Part shown: positions 1-12,619 of the stretch, in pieces
Position numbering within the stretch: position 1 is the stretch's first letter
Layout: every line of letters starts with the position of its first letter
Assembly (NCBI GenBank): GCA_025201805.1
Contig: MU619260.1
Location: 181,569-245,568, forward strand
Reading direction: 5' to 3'
DNA from: Parasitella parasitica NRRL 2501
Taxonomy: Eukaryota > Fungi > Mucoromycota
DNA: 64,000 nt
Notes under the pieces: model-generated
Database searches by the model: none
Told to the model about the DNA's origin: nothing
What the model saw: only the letters and a program-made list of their open reading frames with translations
Made by a program: the position numbers and the translations under genes

Positions 1-3000
1 ACTATTATACTGGAAAAAGGACTGCAATGGGCTTCACAATATAAGCCATCTACTGTCGTCAATTTGATTGTACCTATTCTGGATACTGCAACACAGATGA
101 TGAACTTCAAGCAGCTTTTTGAAGAGGCTGTTGCAATTACACGTCAACCAGAGCAGATGGCTGTTGCTTATGACCACATTAATACTCTGACCGACTCGCT
201 TTCGCATTGGATTTATGTTACCCGTCAAGATATGATTTCTCGTCTAATACCTCTTACAAATACTATTTTGTATACGTTGAGTAAGGCAGATGTCAAGATA
301 TCTGTGGATGCCTACGATCGACTCATGACAGCTGCTACGGGCGTCAATAGTAGTAAACTGACTGCTGGTGAAAGAGAAAGCCTGTTTATGGCGCTTAAAG
401 CCCACCAGCCCACCAATTACATCTTTTTGAAAGACGATAGCGATGATGAAGATGTAGAATGGCAAGCAATTAAGACTTCCAATAGCCAAGAAGCAGTAGG
501 CGAAGCTCCTTCACCGGTGAGTAATTTGTCTGAGTCTAGTATTGTATCGTCTCGACCGGCAAGAAAGCGCCAAATCACTTTGGATCAAAGCTTTTCAAAC
601 GTATCCATCACAAGCCCTACTCGCATAGCTGCAATCAAACCTGCAGCACCAAAAATCACGAATTACTTTGCAGCAACAGCAGCAGATCCTCACGAAGTAT
701 CCGATGATGAGATTGAAGAAGAGTTTGCAGATATGGATTACTCTCAGCTGCCAGGTGAATGGTTTGAAACAAGATCTGATCCCACCGCTGTAGATACGAA
801 TTCTGTTCAAAAACCAGGTAAACCCACACATTTTGGTCAAGATACTATGGACGTAGATGAGCCATTACCACAACAACAGCAACCTGAAAGGACAACCATC
901 ACCACAAGTCATAGTAAACCTGTAGTTCATAAAATTGGCACAGACACTAAGCCCAAACATACACGTTTTTATCCTGCAGAGAGTAAACAGCCAACGTTTG
1001 CCGTTACATCCAAGGGCCGTAAATTGCGACCTCCCAGCATGGGATTTACATCAAAGATGAAGAATTTAAGAGAGGAATTTCGTGCTGAACGCCGGCTGAT
1101 TGCCACGGCCAAATCACCGTCTGCTGCAGGAATTGTTCGTCAACGTTACGGTGGATCTCTAAATAATTCGTCTGATTCTTCAGAAACTTCTGATGACGAC
1201 GGAGATGACGATGCTGGCCTACTTGGGTTGATCAATGACATGGACGATACTCCTTTCAAGCCAGCAAATGTCCAGGCAGAAAGCTCTAGTGTCAAGGCCT
1301 TGTTTGATGCAAAACCAAGGAGGACCATCAAACTGATCGAAACGCCCATTACAAACGAATTTCTCGACAGGAAGCGCAATGCTCGTGTGCGTGAGCAAAA
1401 ACGTCGTCAAAAGATCACGCCTAATATAGATCGCTTGTTCAAGACTATGTTGTCTTGGGATGTCACAGAGACCAGAGAAATTCCGCCTCACACCAATGAA
1501 TCCATGTACAGCCGTGTCCCCTCTACATTCAAGACCTTTGATGAATATAGATCTGTATTTGAACCTTTGCTCTTGATGGAGACTTGGACTCAAATGCTTC
1601 GTGCCAAAGAACAGTTGTCCCAGAATGACGTACTTGATCGTTGCATAGTTGAAGGTCGCTGCCATACAAACGATTTTGTGGATGTCACCTTTGCTCTACC
1701 CATGAGTGTTGTTACTAACAACTTGTCACCTGACGATCTTGTTTGTATTGCGAATCATTTTGGACATCAATTCTTTAACGAAATATCCTCGTATAGCACC
1801 AATAACGATCCCTCGTGGAAGGGAAAAGCCTTTTTGGGTAAAGTGATGTCTATCAATCAAAAGAAAAACATTGGTGAAGTAGTTGTTCGTTGCTATTTTG
1901 CAGGCAGTCGTATTAGTATTCTGAATTCTATCTCGCCAAAGACAAGCTGGAATATTCTCAAGATTATGAGGTACGTGCCACGTCCTGTTGGGCAAAAAAA
2001 AAAAAAAGGAGCAGAGCGATAAACGTTGTTTGGATAGTTTGACGACTACAGTGCGTGAATATGCTGCATTGGAAGGTCTAGACTACTATGATTTGGCTGA
2101 CGATATCATTCATCCTAAACCCAAGACGGTGCCAAAGATCAGCAGCTCGTCTATTGAATATTGTTGTGCGCATTATGATGTGAATGAGCCTCAAGCTATT
2201 GCTATTTTGTCGGCCATGCAAAAGAAAAAGGGATTTTCATTAATTCAGGGGTAAATTAAGCATTTTAGAACATGCCATATTATCATCTAACTCGTATGTA
2301 CACACACCAGCCCTCCTGGCACTGGTAAAACCAAGACCATCTTGGCATTGATTGTTTCGTTATTAGATCAACGTAAAAGAGCTACGGCAGAAGACATATT
2401 GGGCCCTGGAAAACTACTAGTATGCGCTCCTAGTAATGCTGCCGTGGATGAGATTGCCAAACGTCTCAAAGAAGGCGTCATGACTTCAGAGGGTCTTACT
2501 ATGCCCAACGTGGTCCGTATTGGCGTTGCGGATTCTGTTAATGCTAGTGTCAAGGATCGCATTTTGGACAAGTTGATTGAAGCCGAAATGGACGCCTCTA
2601 GTGGTAAAGATGGCGCACCAGGCGGTAAATGGGGAGCTAAATTAGACAGCTTACATCAGGATATTCGTAATATACAAATTAGTCTAGACGATGTGGACAG
2701 AGAGATCACGCAAGCAGGCAGTGACATGGTTCAAATGTCTATTTTACGCGACAAACGAAAGACACTCGCGCAAAAACTGACCAAAAGTCGAATTTTGCTC
2801 AAGGACACGTATCAAGACCAAAAGAATTATGGCAAAGAAATGGAGATTTCTCGAGTTCGCGCACGTCAAAAAGTGTTTGCCAATGCTGATGTTGTTTGCG
2901 CTACTTTGAGTGGTAGTGGACACGACATGCTGACTCAAGTAGGCATTTCCTTTGAGACTGTGATTGTGGATGAAGCCGCTCAATCCATAGAGATCAGCTC

Positions 3001-4855
3001 TTTGATCCCTCTTAAATTCGATACGCAGCGTTGTATTCTTGTTGGTGGTAAGTGCGGATAACAAACATTTGCCTGGACTAGAGGTGTTTAATTTGTATGC
3101 CAATAGATCCAAATCAACTGCCTCCTACGGTCATGTCCACTTTAGCTGCGAAATACGACTATCAACAAAGTTTGTTTATGAGACTGGAACAAAGCATTGC
3201 TGCAGAAGTCAATTTACTAAGGTAAGTCTATATTGAGGCTGTATCTTGCACAGTTGCTGACACGCCATGCAGCATCCAATATCGTATGCATCCTGACATC
3301 AGCCGTTTTCCGAGCAAGATGTTTTACAAGTCTCTACTCAAAGATGGTCCTAATATGGATAGAGTGTCCTGTGCGGTATGGCATGCACTTCCTCAGTTTC
3401 CGCCTTATCGATTCTTCAATGTCATGGATGGTGAAGAAAAGGTTGGCAGAGGCAAATCTATTTTCAATGTCGCAGAAGCCGATGCTGCGGTTGCGTTGGT
3501 TGATATGCTCTGTACAAAATTGCCCACAGTCAAGTTTGCTTCGAAAATCGGTATCATTACTCCGTACAAACAGCAAGTGGGTCAGCTGAAATCTCGTTTT
3601 CAGAAGAGATTTGGCAACAGCATCTTGGATGTGATTGATTTCAACACTGTGGATGGTTTCCAAGGTCAGGAGAAGGAAATTATCATCTTTTCCTGCGTCA
3701 GAGCTGGATATGGTAAGCAGCGAGTGCCTTGTTGGTCGTCTAGATTTGCTGAAATTCTGGTTAGGTCGTAGCATTGGTTTCTTGGCTGATATGCGTCGTA
3801 TGAATGTTGGTTTGACTCGTGCAAAATGCTCTCTTTTTGTGTTGGGCAGTGCTCGTTCTTTACAAAGCAGCGAGTTCTGGGGCGATTTAGTACGCGATGC
3901 TCAAAAGCGTGATCTCATTACAGATGTAAGTTTTTGCAATAGAGAGCAGTGTTTTAAACTAGCTGATGGGTCTTTTTTTTTGCGACTTTCATAGTGTGAA
4001 TACCCTTATTTCAGACATACCATAAATGAAACATCTATACCACACAATATATTCGAAAAGACGGCTCCAATTACTAAATCAAGGACTCTACAATACAAAA
4101 AAGGGCCAGTAAAGATATCTGCACCAAGTAGTGGTAATAATTCTCGGTCCCCTTCTTCTGCATCTTCAGAGGATGAATCTGCAAATGCGAACACTGGCGA
4201 AAAGCGTGCGGCTTCAAAGAACAGTAGCCACCGTCCTAACAGCAAAAGAAGGGTCGACGAGGACGTTGAGATGCGTGAAGTAAACAAGGGGCCTACGTCT
4301 TTTATCGAAAAGGTGCGTTTTGATAAAGAAAAGAAACTAAATGCCACCAAAAGTCGTCCTGCTGCCGTGTCTTTCTCGGCTCCATCTAATTCATCATCAA
4401 CGGAACGTCCAAAATTAAGTATCTCAGAATACCGTGTTTCCAGAGGGCTTTCGCCTGCTGTTTCTAATAGAAGAGTTCCACTGCAAAGACAGCCTAGCAC
4501 TAGCTCCAGTAGTTTGTTTATCAACAAAAAAAGACCTGTAGCGTCGGTAAGTAGTTGTTTGACATCTAAAGGATATTATGTTAAATGCTTTTTTAAGCGA
4601 CCTAGACAGCCAAATGCATTACCAGATGGAATTAGTGCCAAAGAACATGCTCTGATGGAGGTAGGGCAGAAACGCTTGGTGAAGATTGAACTAAATACTA
4701 ATGGATTTATTCAGCATTCTGCAGCAAAAGACCGTATGAGAAGCTACAGAGAAGAGGAAAGACGCCATAATAGGCCAGATCACACACCAAAGGCAAACAT
4801 TCTTAACATAGACAACATTGTAGAGGATGTGCAAAACAAGTACAAAAGACACTGA
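1..4855 (+). CDS. SEN1: Sen1/senataxin-like SF1 RNA/DNA helicase (5'-partial, multi-exon)
   Basis: Frame open from position 1. Spliced exons give LIQG|PPGTGKT, LVCAPSNAAVDE, VIVDEAAQ, GDPNQLPPT, QYRMHPDI, GIITPYKQQ, TVDGFQGQEKE and RRMNVGLTRAK, plus FEPLLLMETW upstream. GT-AG introns join the ORF pieces. Stop at 4853-4855. Confidence 0.93.
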
Positions 4856-4993
4856 TGAAACAATCATTTCTAGGATTTACACACTCCTCATGTATATAGG
4901 AATCAAATAATAGCCAAGGATAGACACTAATTCATTACTTTCCGTTATGTATTAAACTGTTTATTATTACAATATATAAAATTGAATTGGCTG

Positions 4994-6657
4994 CTACTTA
5001 TCAGTTGAGGCTGGTTTTCCACTGATTTTAATCCTGTAGATATCTGTGAAATTCGGATTACCCCAATTCGACAAAAACTGGATGATCACAGTTTGATAGA
5101 CTCTGTCTGTATTCTCGACCAGTAAAAATTTCTGTGCCTTGTATTGCGAATGAATATCGTATTCAAATTCGCCAAGAAAAACTAAATCTTCCTCCAAATA
5201 GATTGGATCAATCGGTATGGCAAACACTCTAAAGACTCTTGGTGCGTTGATGATATCGCCAAGCAGAACACTGGCTGATGGATGCACTAATGTAACACTA
5301 TCCATAAAGATTTTTGTGCTCAAAGTGATCCCTACTGTACCATTTGAACCGGACATCGACCAGCATTCTCCTACTTGGATACTTGGATGAATTATGGCCG
5401 TGGGGCTTTTGATCTTGAGGTAATAACCAAGTGCTCTACGTAAAAGCGATTTCGATGTAATCGGAGGACGATATGTTCTACTAGTTTGGCGTAAATCAAT
5501 GCCCCCGCCACGGCTACGCAGCGCAAAGTCTGGTTCGTCGTCCTCCTCAACGAAGTTTTTCACAGTTGCTTCAACAAGATGCTCCAAAGAAAATGGGTCT
5601 TGCTCTATTCTTTCCATGATGGTACTCGTTTTATCATTTTGGCTCGAGAAAAACTGCTGCAATTCTTCTTGAATGAATGATCTGATTGTTGGCCTGTTGT
5701 GCTGAATAAATGCTTGAATAAAATCTACCGTTTGCATATATTCTAGAAACTCGGGCGATATCTTGAATTCTTCGTTTTTTCGGTCAAATATAGCAACAGT
5801 ATTGTCTTGCAGAGCTTCGATTACGTCCAACTTGAGATCATCAGAAACAGACAACATGAATTGGTTTTGTGTGTATAATGCATCCCAAATTCTTCGATAA
5901 TCTTCTCGCTGATAATTCAATTGAGATTGCTGCTCCCTTATCTGTGATGACAGAAATGACATTTGCTCAAGTATCATTTTGTTGCTGTGCTGAGATTTCT
6001 GAAAGTATTGTTCCAAACGTGATGCTTGCTCGCTAATCTTGGAATCAATGTCAAAAAGGTGTTTAGCCAAAGAAAAATACTGTTTTGGCTTTGCTTTGCT
6101 TGCATTCATAGTTTGATAACCAGCAGCTGTGAATTCAGACAATCTCAGTAAATAAATGCCTGATAGAAAAATTGATCCGATCAATATATAAAGGCATATT
6201 CGATATATTTTGATCCTGTTAAGTGAGAACTGTAACTGCTGAAGTTTATCTAGAATATTGGTAATAACAACCCAAAGAGAAATCAATGCAATAGCTACAT
6301 CGCCGTCTTTTATATACTCGCAAAACTTGTATGCTCCTTGACAAACAAAGTTTTTTAAAGTACCAAACTGATCCCAATTTGGCCATCTCAACCTGTCCAA
6401 TGCGATAAAGATTGGAGTTATTACTAGCCTTGAAAATAAAGATTTCAAAGATTCAGTATCTTGTTGTTGCTGCTGATATTCCTCTTGTGTTTCTATTCAA
6501 GACTAAAGATTATTTACAGCACTAAAAAAAACATCTCTATTGACATGGAAATAGTACCATCTTTTTTCATTGAGCTGACTCTGGGAATATTTTTCCCTGA
6601 TCGTAGCTTCATATCAGGTCTTGATTTACTGCTATTTAATGTGGTTGGAGTATTCAT
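4994..6657 (-). CDS. SUN-domain (Sad1/UNC-84) inner nuclear membrane protein, 2 exons
   Basis: C-terminal SUN motifs PDFAL, GECWSMSG, APRVF, FEYDI, SNWGNPNFTDIYRIKI, preceded by a TM segment and coiled coil. Exon 1 (MNTPTT...KKD) splices in phase to ETQEEYQQQ. Confidence 0.9.
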
Positions 6658-6839
6658 AATGATAAGAATTTGAAGAAGAAAAAGAAAGTTTGTGAGATCT
6701 AATACACAAACGAAACCTTGAAAAGTAATCAATCAGTGAATGATTAATAAATGGATACTTGTATTTTTGAAATTTAAAATATTATTCATTCATGAGGTCA
6801 AAACAACCAAAGGCTTTTCCTGTCAAGTACAAGAATTTT

Positions 6840-7346
6840 TGAAAAAACAGACATGGATTTTACGACCAACTGCGTCTTCCTTGATGAATCTGCATTTCAT
6901 ATTAATTTGAAACGTAGTATGGCATGGTCAAAAAGAGAAAGCGAGGAGAAGACGTTGGGCGTGTGAGCAAAGGGACAGTTACGGGACACTATGTTAGTTT
7001 TCTAAAAACCACGATGGATGAAATTGACTAGTATCCACATATGAAAGGCCATTACCTCGTGATGGATAATGCTCCAATCCATACATCGGTTGATATAGCT
7101 AAATATGTAGAATCTCGCGGTTACCGCTGTGTCTATTTGCCGTCCTATTCTCCTGAACTTAATCCAATTGAACAGTTTTGGTCAGTGCTTAAGAGTAAAG
7201 TCAAACGAAACAAGCTACTGGAAACTGAGACACTTATGACAAGAATCAGTGAGGCATCTAATAGTTTGACGCTGAGCGATTTTAAAGGGTTTGTTGGGCA
7301 TTCTCACAAATGCTTGGACAAGTGTCGTAACAGGCAAGCACTCTGA
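6840..7346 (+). mobile_element. Truncated Tc1/IS630-like DD34E transposase remnant
   Basis: TTNCVFLDESAFHINLKRSMAWS, LVMDNAPIH and YLPSYSPELNPIE, with 34 residues between the second D and E. Internal deletion and in-frame TAG near 7030; no N-terminal HTH. Confidence 0.88.
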
Positions 7347-7368
7347 AGATCTTATTCATGGTCAATGC

Positions 7369-7402
<34 letters not shown>

Positions 7403-7585
7403 GCACAGGATATCCACCAAAGGATTGCGGTTGCGCCGTGAATATAGCACCGAGTTGCGTTTGGCACCATTTACTATAGGCTTTCTAAATCGGCCCATGA
7501 TCACCATATACAACCTTTCGCTGATGGAATGGCATGTCGACGAGCTTGTTCATCCCATAATTGGCGAGCCGAAGTCCCAACAAAT

Positions 7586-7620
7586 GTGCTATCCGTGCTA
7601 TCCGTGCTATCCGTGCCATC
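7586..7620 (+). repeat. 9-bp tandem repeat (gtgctatcc) x ~4
   Basis: gtgctatcc gtgctatcc gtgctatcc gtgccatc read directly. Confidence 0.8.
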
Positions 7621-8277
7621 TGATGAAATCATTTTCCACCAGGGCGAATTTATTTGTTGTGCAACATGAATTCTGTTCTCGTCATTGGCTGTATTTACTT
7701 TCCGACAAGAGCGAATTTACTTTCTGGAAAGAGTGTATAATAGCAGATGCAACTAGAAACACTTGAGCATAATTGATATTTTTGCTAATTTCATGTTATT
7801 AAGTGAAGAAAACACTGTGACCTAACCAGGCAAATTTTGTTAATTTATGAGAACGTATTGACCCAAAAATTATATTTTGTATACTCTCACGATGTAGCAA
7901 AACTGCTATTTGACGGTGCTACTGTTACTGTGGAATAATTAAGCTGTTTTAATGATATTTTCTTACGCAACATGCAAAGACATGCAAGGACACACACATA
8001 TAATTTATTTTTCACGAGTTATTTACTTGTGCAATTGTATGCGGGAGTAAATTTTTATTCTATCGAAGTAAGTGATTTGATGGAATAACTAGCGAAGTAT
8101 GAACAGCCAAGATCTTAGTACATGCTATGGATGATAAGAGGTCTATCCTTTTAGTGCACGTTCAGGAACAGTCTTCTAATTGATTTTTTTTAGAACTTCG
8201 ATAAAGCTCTCATCAGCAAAGCACATCGATAAATCAATTATAATCAGAGATGGCAGATTTGAAGGAGGAAGAAGGAG

Positions 8278-8404
8278 TCAAATAGTGTTCATATTACCTG
8301 GATGAATGAAGGATTCCATTAGAATTTGTTCAATTGCAACACACTGGCCGACTAAAATCCCCCAACTTACAATAACAGGCACCAAAAATCGAATAGCTGT
8401 TCAT
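8278..8404 (-). CDS. Candidate spliced micropeptide MNSYSIFGACYCNMNTI (17 aa)
   Basis: ATG at 8404; exon 1 8404-8371; intron 8370-8298 (GTAAGT...CTAAT...CAG); exon 2 ends TGA 8280-8278. CT-rich leader and TATAAATA about 95 nt upstream. Confidence 0.4.
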
Positions 8405-9601
8405 CGGTGTAGAGAAATGTAGAGTAGAGAGATTGTGTGTTAAAATTTTTTTACTGTATTATACAAAATAGAGATCTAATACAATTAGAACTGGATATAT
8501 TTATATGTACATTGATGAGAAGAAAAATAAATATAGTTAAACAAACAATTTGATAACTCAAGTTTGGTATCGCATGAAGTAGCGATCGGGATACATATTA
8601 TAAGCTATCATATCTGCAAATATAGTAGTTAAGATATACTAATGGCAAATCGTAAGAGCATTTGGGCATTGCAACAAAGCTTGAAATACGTGATTACGTA
8701 CTTTTTATTTGAAACAGAAGCTCTTTAAAGAGAGTAAATGACGTCTAAATGTCTGCCCAAATAGGCTTGGATTTCTCAAAATGGGACACGATCTAACTAA
8801 AACAAGGCGATTTTCGACTGTACACCTCGTTTCATGTTGATAATTATGTATTAACTGTTTAAAAGAAGAGAAGAACGGAGCCATGGAAGTTGAGGTCGCA
8901 GTTCATCTTTTCAGCAGGAGAAAAATGGCAAAAATAAAAATTGTTATTGTACGTAACTTATGATACAAACATCACCCAATGGAAATCAAGTGCTTCTTAG
9001 ATAACCCTAATTATGCGTGTATCAGCCAAGTCTAAAACATGTCTCTTTTTGTTCTTTATCAGAACTTGTAGACATTTACCTGCTTATACACAATTTTTAT
9101 ATGAAAATCGTTGTTTTCTGTTGATAATATTTTTTAATTTAAACATATCCTTTTTTGTTCAGAATAAATACGATGTGAAAGACAATGCAGACTCGAAATT
9201 ATGAGAAATCCCCCCTTTTCACTGTCCATCAAAATTCAGAGCAATAGGATTATTTAGGGAAAAATTTAATGCGAAAGTAATGGTCTTCTGATACATTTGG
9301 GTACAGTCTAATGCAAATGCAAACACTGCTTCTTAGCGTACAAGTAATTTCGATATTTAGGGTAAATCCTGCCTAGTATAATTTCCCTATAAGCGGCAAA
9401 CCAAGGTTAATTTTTCCGAATATAGTCAATTTTTCTATTTTTGGGCTGATATTTTTGTAATATAGAAATAACGCAGCTTTATTTAAATGCTAATAAAATA
9501 GACAACATGTCCTGGAAAAATTATATCAACCGTATAGAAAAAATGAAGCCAAGTGTAAAAAACATGACTACAGAGTTTATGAATAGAATATATTCTGCAT
9601 A

Positions 9602-9906
9602 TTAGCAGCAACACTCTTCACAGATACAGCAGCAGCCGATGGCAGCGAGGCAATCGGTAATACAGCCTCCACCGCCTCTTAATCTCAACATAAAAGATGA
9701 AGAACCAGCATCTTCTATTAAAAATATAAGTAATTAAAATTGCATAATGGCTCGTTCTGCTTGCCTTGTTGATGATGTTCACACTGGTTGGCATTTTGAT
9801 CGGAGGCTTGCGAGACATTTATGGTAGACATGTGGTTGATAGAGGGGTAAGCATCAGGAGAGTTGGCTACAGAGACCTTGGGAACTTTAGTAACAGATTC
9901 ACTCAT
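9602..9906 (-). CDS. 84-aa protein: low-complexity N-terminus, LRLRGG, CYSTM-like Cys-rich tail
   Basis: Exon 1 9906-9765; GC-AG intron 9764-9715 (GCAAGC...TAATAG); exon 2 9714-9602 reads in phase EDAGSSSFMLRLRGGGGCITDCLAAIGCCCICEECCC*. Confidence 0.75.
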
Positions 9907-10233
9907 TTAAACAAATGATAGAAGAACAAGCTAAAATTTGATCTTTTGAGAAAACAAAAGTATATTTTATACAAAATGTGAGCCATGTGACAAATGAGGT
10001 AATTGGAAGTACATAATTTATTGGCTAGTCTTGGCATTATTCATTTTGTTATGACCTCATACGAAAAGCTAATATGAACTTACCATTACCAGAAGTAGAA
10101 AAAGCTTTAATATAAAATAATAACAAACAGTAAAACAAAAAAAAACAACAAAAAAAAAGTGTATTTGTGTGAAAAATATGAGTGAAAATATATAATGTGA
10201 AAAATGAGTGTTATGCGTGTATATCATTGCTCT

Positions 10234-12242
10234 TTAATTTGCCGGCGATTCTGTCACAATACTGTTTTCAGGTGTTGAAGGGGAAGTTCCGTAAGTAATT
10301 GTACCATTTACTTCTTCGTCCTCTCTTTTAAACAATGTCGCCCAATACTTGACTTTGGTAGCATCAGGCATCAGTACACCACCATCATCAACCAAATCTT
10401 TATCCTTCATTGGATCAAATAAGGGATTGGTGAACTTCTCCTTGTCCGAATTAAAGTAATCCCAAATACTGTAAGTCTTTTCCTGAGGATGATGATCTGC
10501 CCTTTCTGCTTCACTATTGAACAGAAAAGTACCAAATTGGCAGGAATAAACATGATAATGTAGATCAATCAGCATTTGCTCATTGAATTCAAATCGAGTT
10601 GGATACAAACAGATCAGTTGGTATACACAATCCAGGAACTGATGAAATACTGGGCTCGTCTCTCGCTGATAATAATTCGATTTGTAAAACTTATTCTGCA
10701 TGTCCTTTATCGTGTTGGTCGCGGCATTTCCACCTGTGTTTGCTAGATTCACAAAATATTTTTCGTTGCTCAAGTGACCGCATCTATCTTCAAACTTATG
10801 TCCAAAAGAAATCCAATCTTTTTCAATCAGGATCTGGATGCCTTCAAACGTGCGATAATATGGATCGAGACAGAGCTCGCTCAATGACACTAATTGTGAT
10901 GTTCTATCCCAGCCATCCGAACAGTGAACAAGCACATGCGAATTGTATACGTGAATATTCTTGACAATTGTCATTGTGCCTTCCACAACCATAGCAATAT
11001 GCTTTAACCATCCGGATCTCTGCAAAGCCCCTCGATTCACCTGCCCACCAGCAGATTCCATTCCTTGCATTGCTTCACTAAGTTTAGCTAAACTATCTCT
11101 CATGACATGAATATTATCAATGGCCACATAAATCTTGTGGCAATTGCGATAATGGTTCATGTTTTCAGTTCCAGCACCTTTTGCAACATTTCCTACCGCA
11201 TTGGCCATTGGTCTAGCATCCACTATCAAATTCGTTGGAGTAGAACCGTAAACTATTTCGCCATTGGGCCCTGTAGGGACATTGGAGGAGAATACTGCCT
11301 CTATCAATTTTTCATCTTGAATTGATCTCGCTTGTTTAAAGCCAACCATGGGTTGACTACTCCTTGTTATAGTTGCCTGTAAATTGGGGAATATTGTTAG
11401 TTGTGAAATATGCAATCATAACGAAAACCTTACATGGTTATGCCAATGCATATACGACAATGCTGGAATCCTAGCTTTGCTACGATATTTTGCTGCATAA
11501 TTCAATGTGTTGTCGCTGATTTTGAATGGTACCACCAAGGTACGGGGATATGTGGGTGAATACTATCCATAGAACCATGCACATAAATAGGGAATATTTA
11601 CTCCGGAAGACTTGCGATTACTTACCTTGTAATCTCGATTCACTGGTGTGAATCTCCATGTTTCAGCACTCACATCAACGCCCATACGCTCGTATTCTTT
11701 AAGGGGGTCGTATATATTCCAGCCGTTGTTAGCAGTAAATGGCGTCCGTGGCTGATATGCATAGGCATATAGCTGTTCTATGGAATCTACACACACATAT
11801 CTGATTAAAGCGAACTTGAGTGTATAAAAAACTCAAACTTACTGACACATGCCAATTTTTGAATACTATCAAAAACATCTTGGGCTTCGCCATCTTTTAA
11901 AAGAGAGAGAGTAATGATCATGAAATCCCGGCATTTAATATGCAGTGGATGGCGTCCTGACTGAAGAGAGGGTGGTTGTCTTTCTACGGTGTGTATGATA
12001 GGGTAAGGTATCTATTATAGGGGTAAATGATCTGAATTGGAGACGAAAGAGCCTATGTACAAACCCAAAGCTCTTCTTCAGAATAGCTGAATATCAGGTG
12101 ATGGACAGTCAGGTGTAGAGTACCCACAGCGGTTTCTTGACCCCTATCAAGTTGAACATCTTTGGCCTTTTTTGCGTGGTTAGTTGTTGCATTCAGCCCA
12201 AATAATTCAGTCTCTAACCTGAGTGATCTTTAAAAGATCAAT
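10234..12242 (-). CDS. YMR1: Myotubularin-family phosphoinositide 3-phosphatase (Ymr1/MTMR-like), multi-exon
   Basis: Active-site VLVHCSDGWDRT, IVDARP, EKDWISFGHKF, SPVFHQFLDCV. Upstream exons give GTLHLTVHHLIF (GRAM/PH), GWNIYDPLKEYERMG and SPTYPRTLVVP. Start codon uncertain (see findings). Confidence 0.93.
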
Positions 12243-12619
12243 ACGACTTGATTGCAGATTCGCTTGTGGTTGGAACAGCGTGGGCAACGAAACACGAGCA
12301 AGGTTGAAAATAGTGAAAAGTTAATACAATAGAGGGTTGAGAGACAAAGAGCAATTTATGTGCTATAAATTACTATATTGTACAGCAAGAGATGTGAAAG
12401 TAAAACTACCAGAGACCTCTCTTGCAAGAAAAAGAGAAAGGAAGAAAGACCAAGCAGTTGATGCTCCTTCCAAGTTGAAAGAGATTTGCTCGTTACGCTG
12501 CCATCACGTGCATGAAATGATTCTACTGTTACTATTACCAATTTGCAAGTGCGATCCATGTCTACTTTTTTTTTTACACAACTACACTTGGTATTCCAGC
12601 ATAGAGATGCAACTAGAGA

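Noticed and set aside
8165-8230. Hammerhead-like CTGATGA...GAA on the minus strand
   Set aside because: Core reads GAAG not GAAA, stem II is weak, and there is no NUH site or stem I partner
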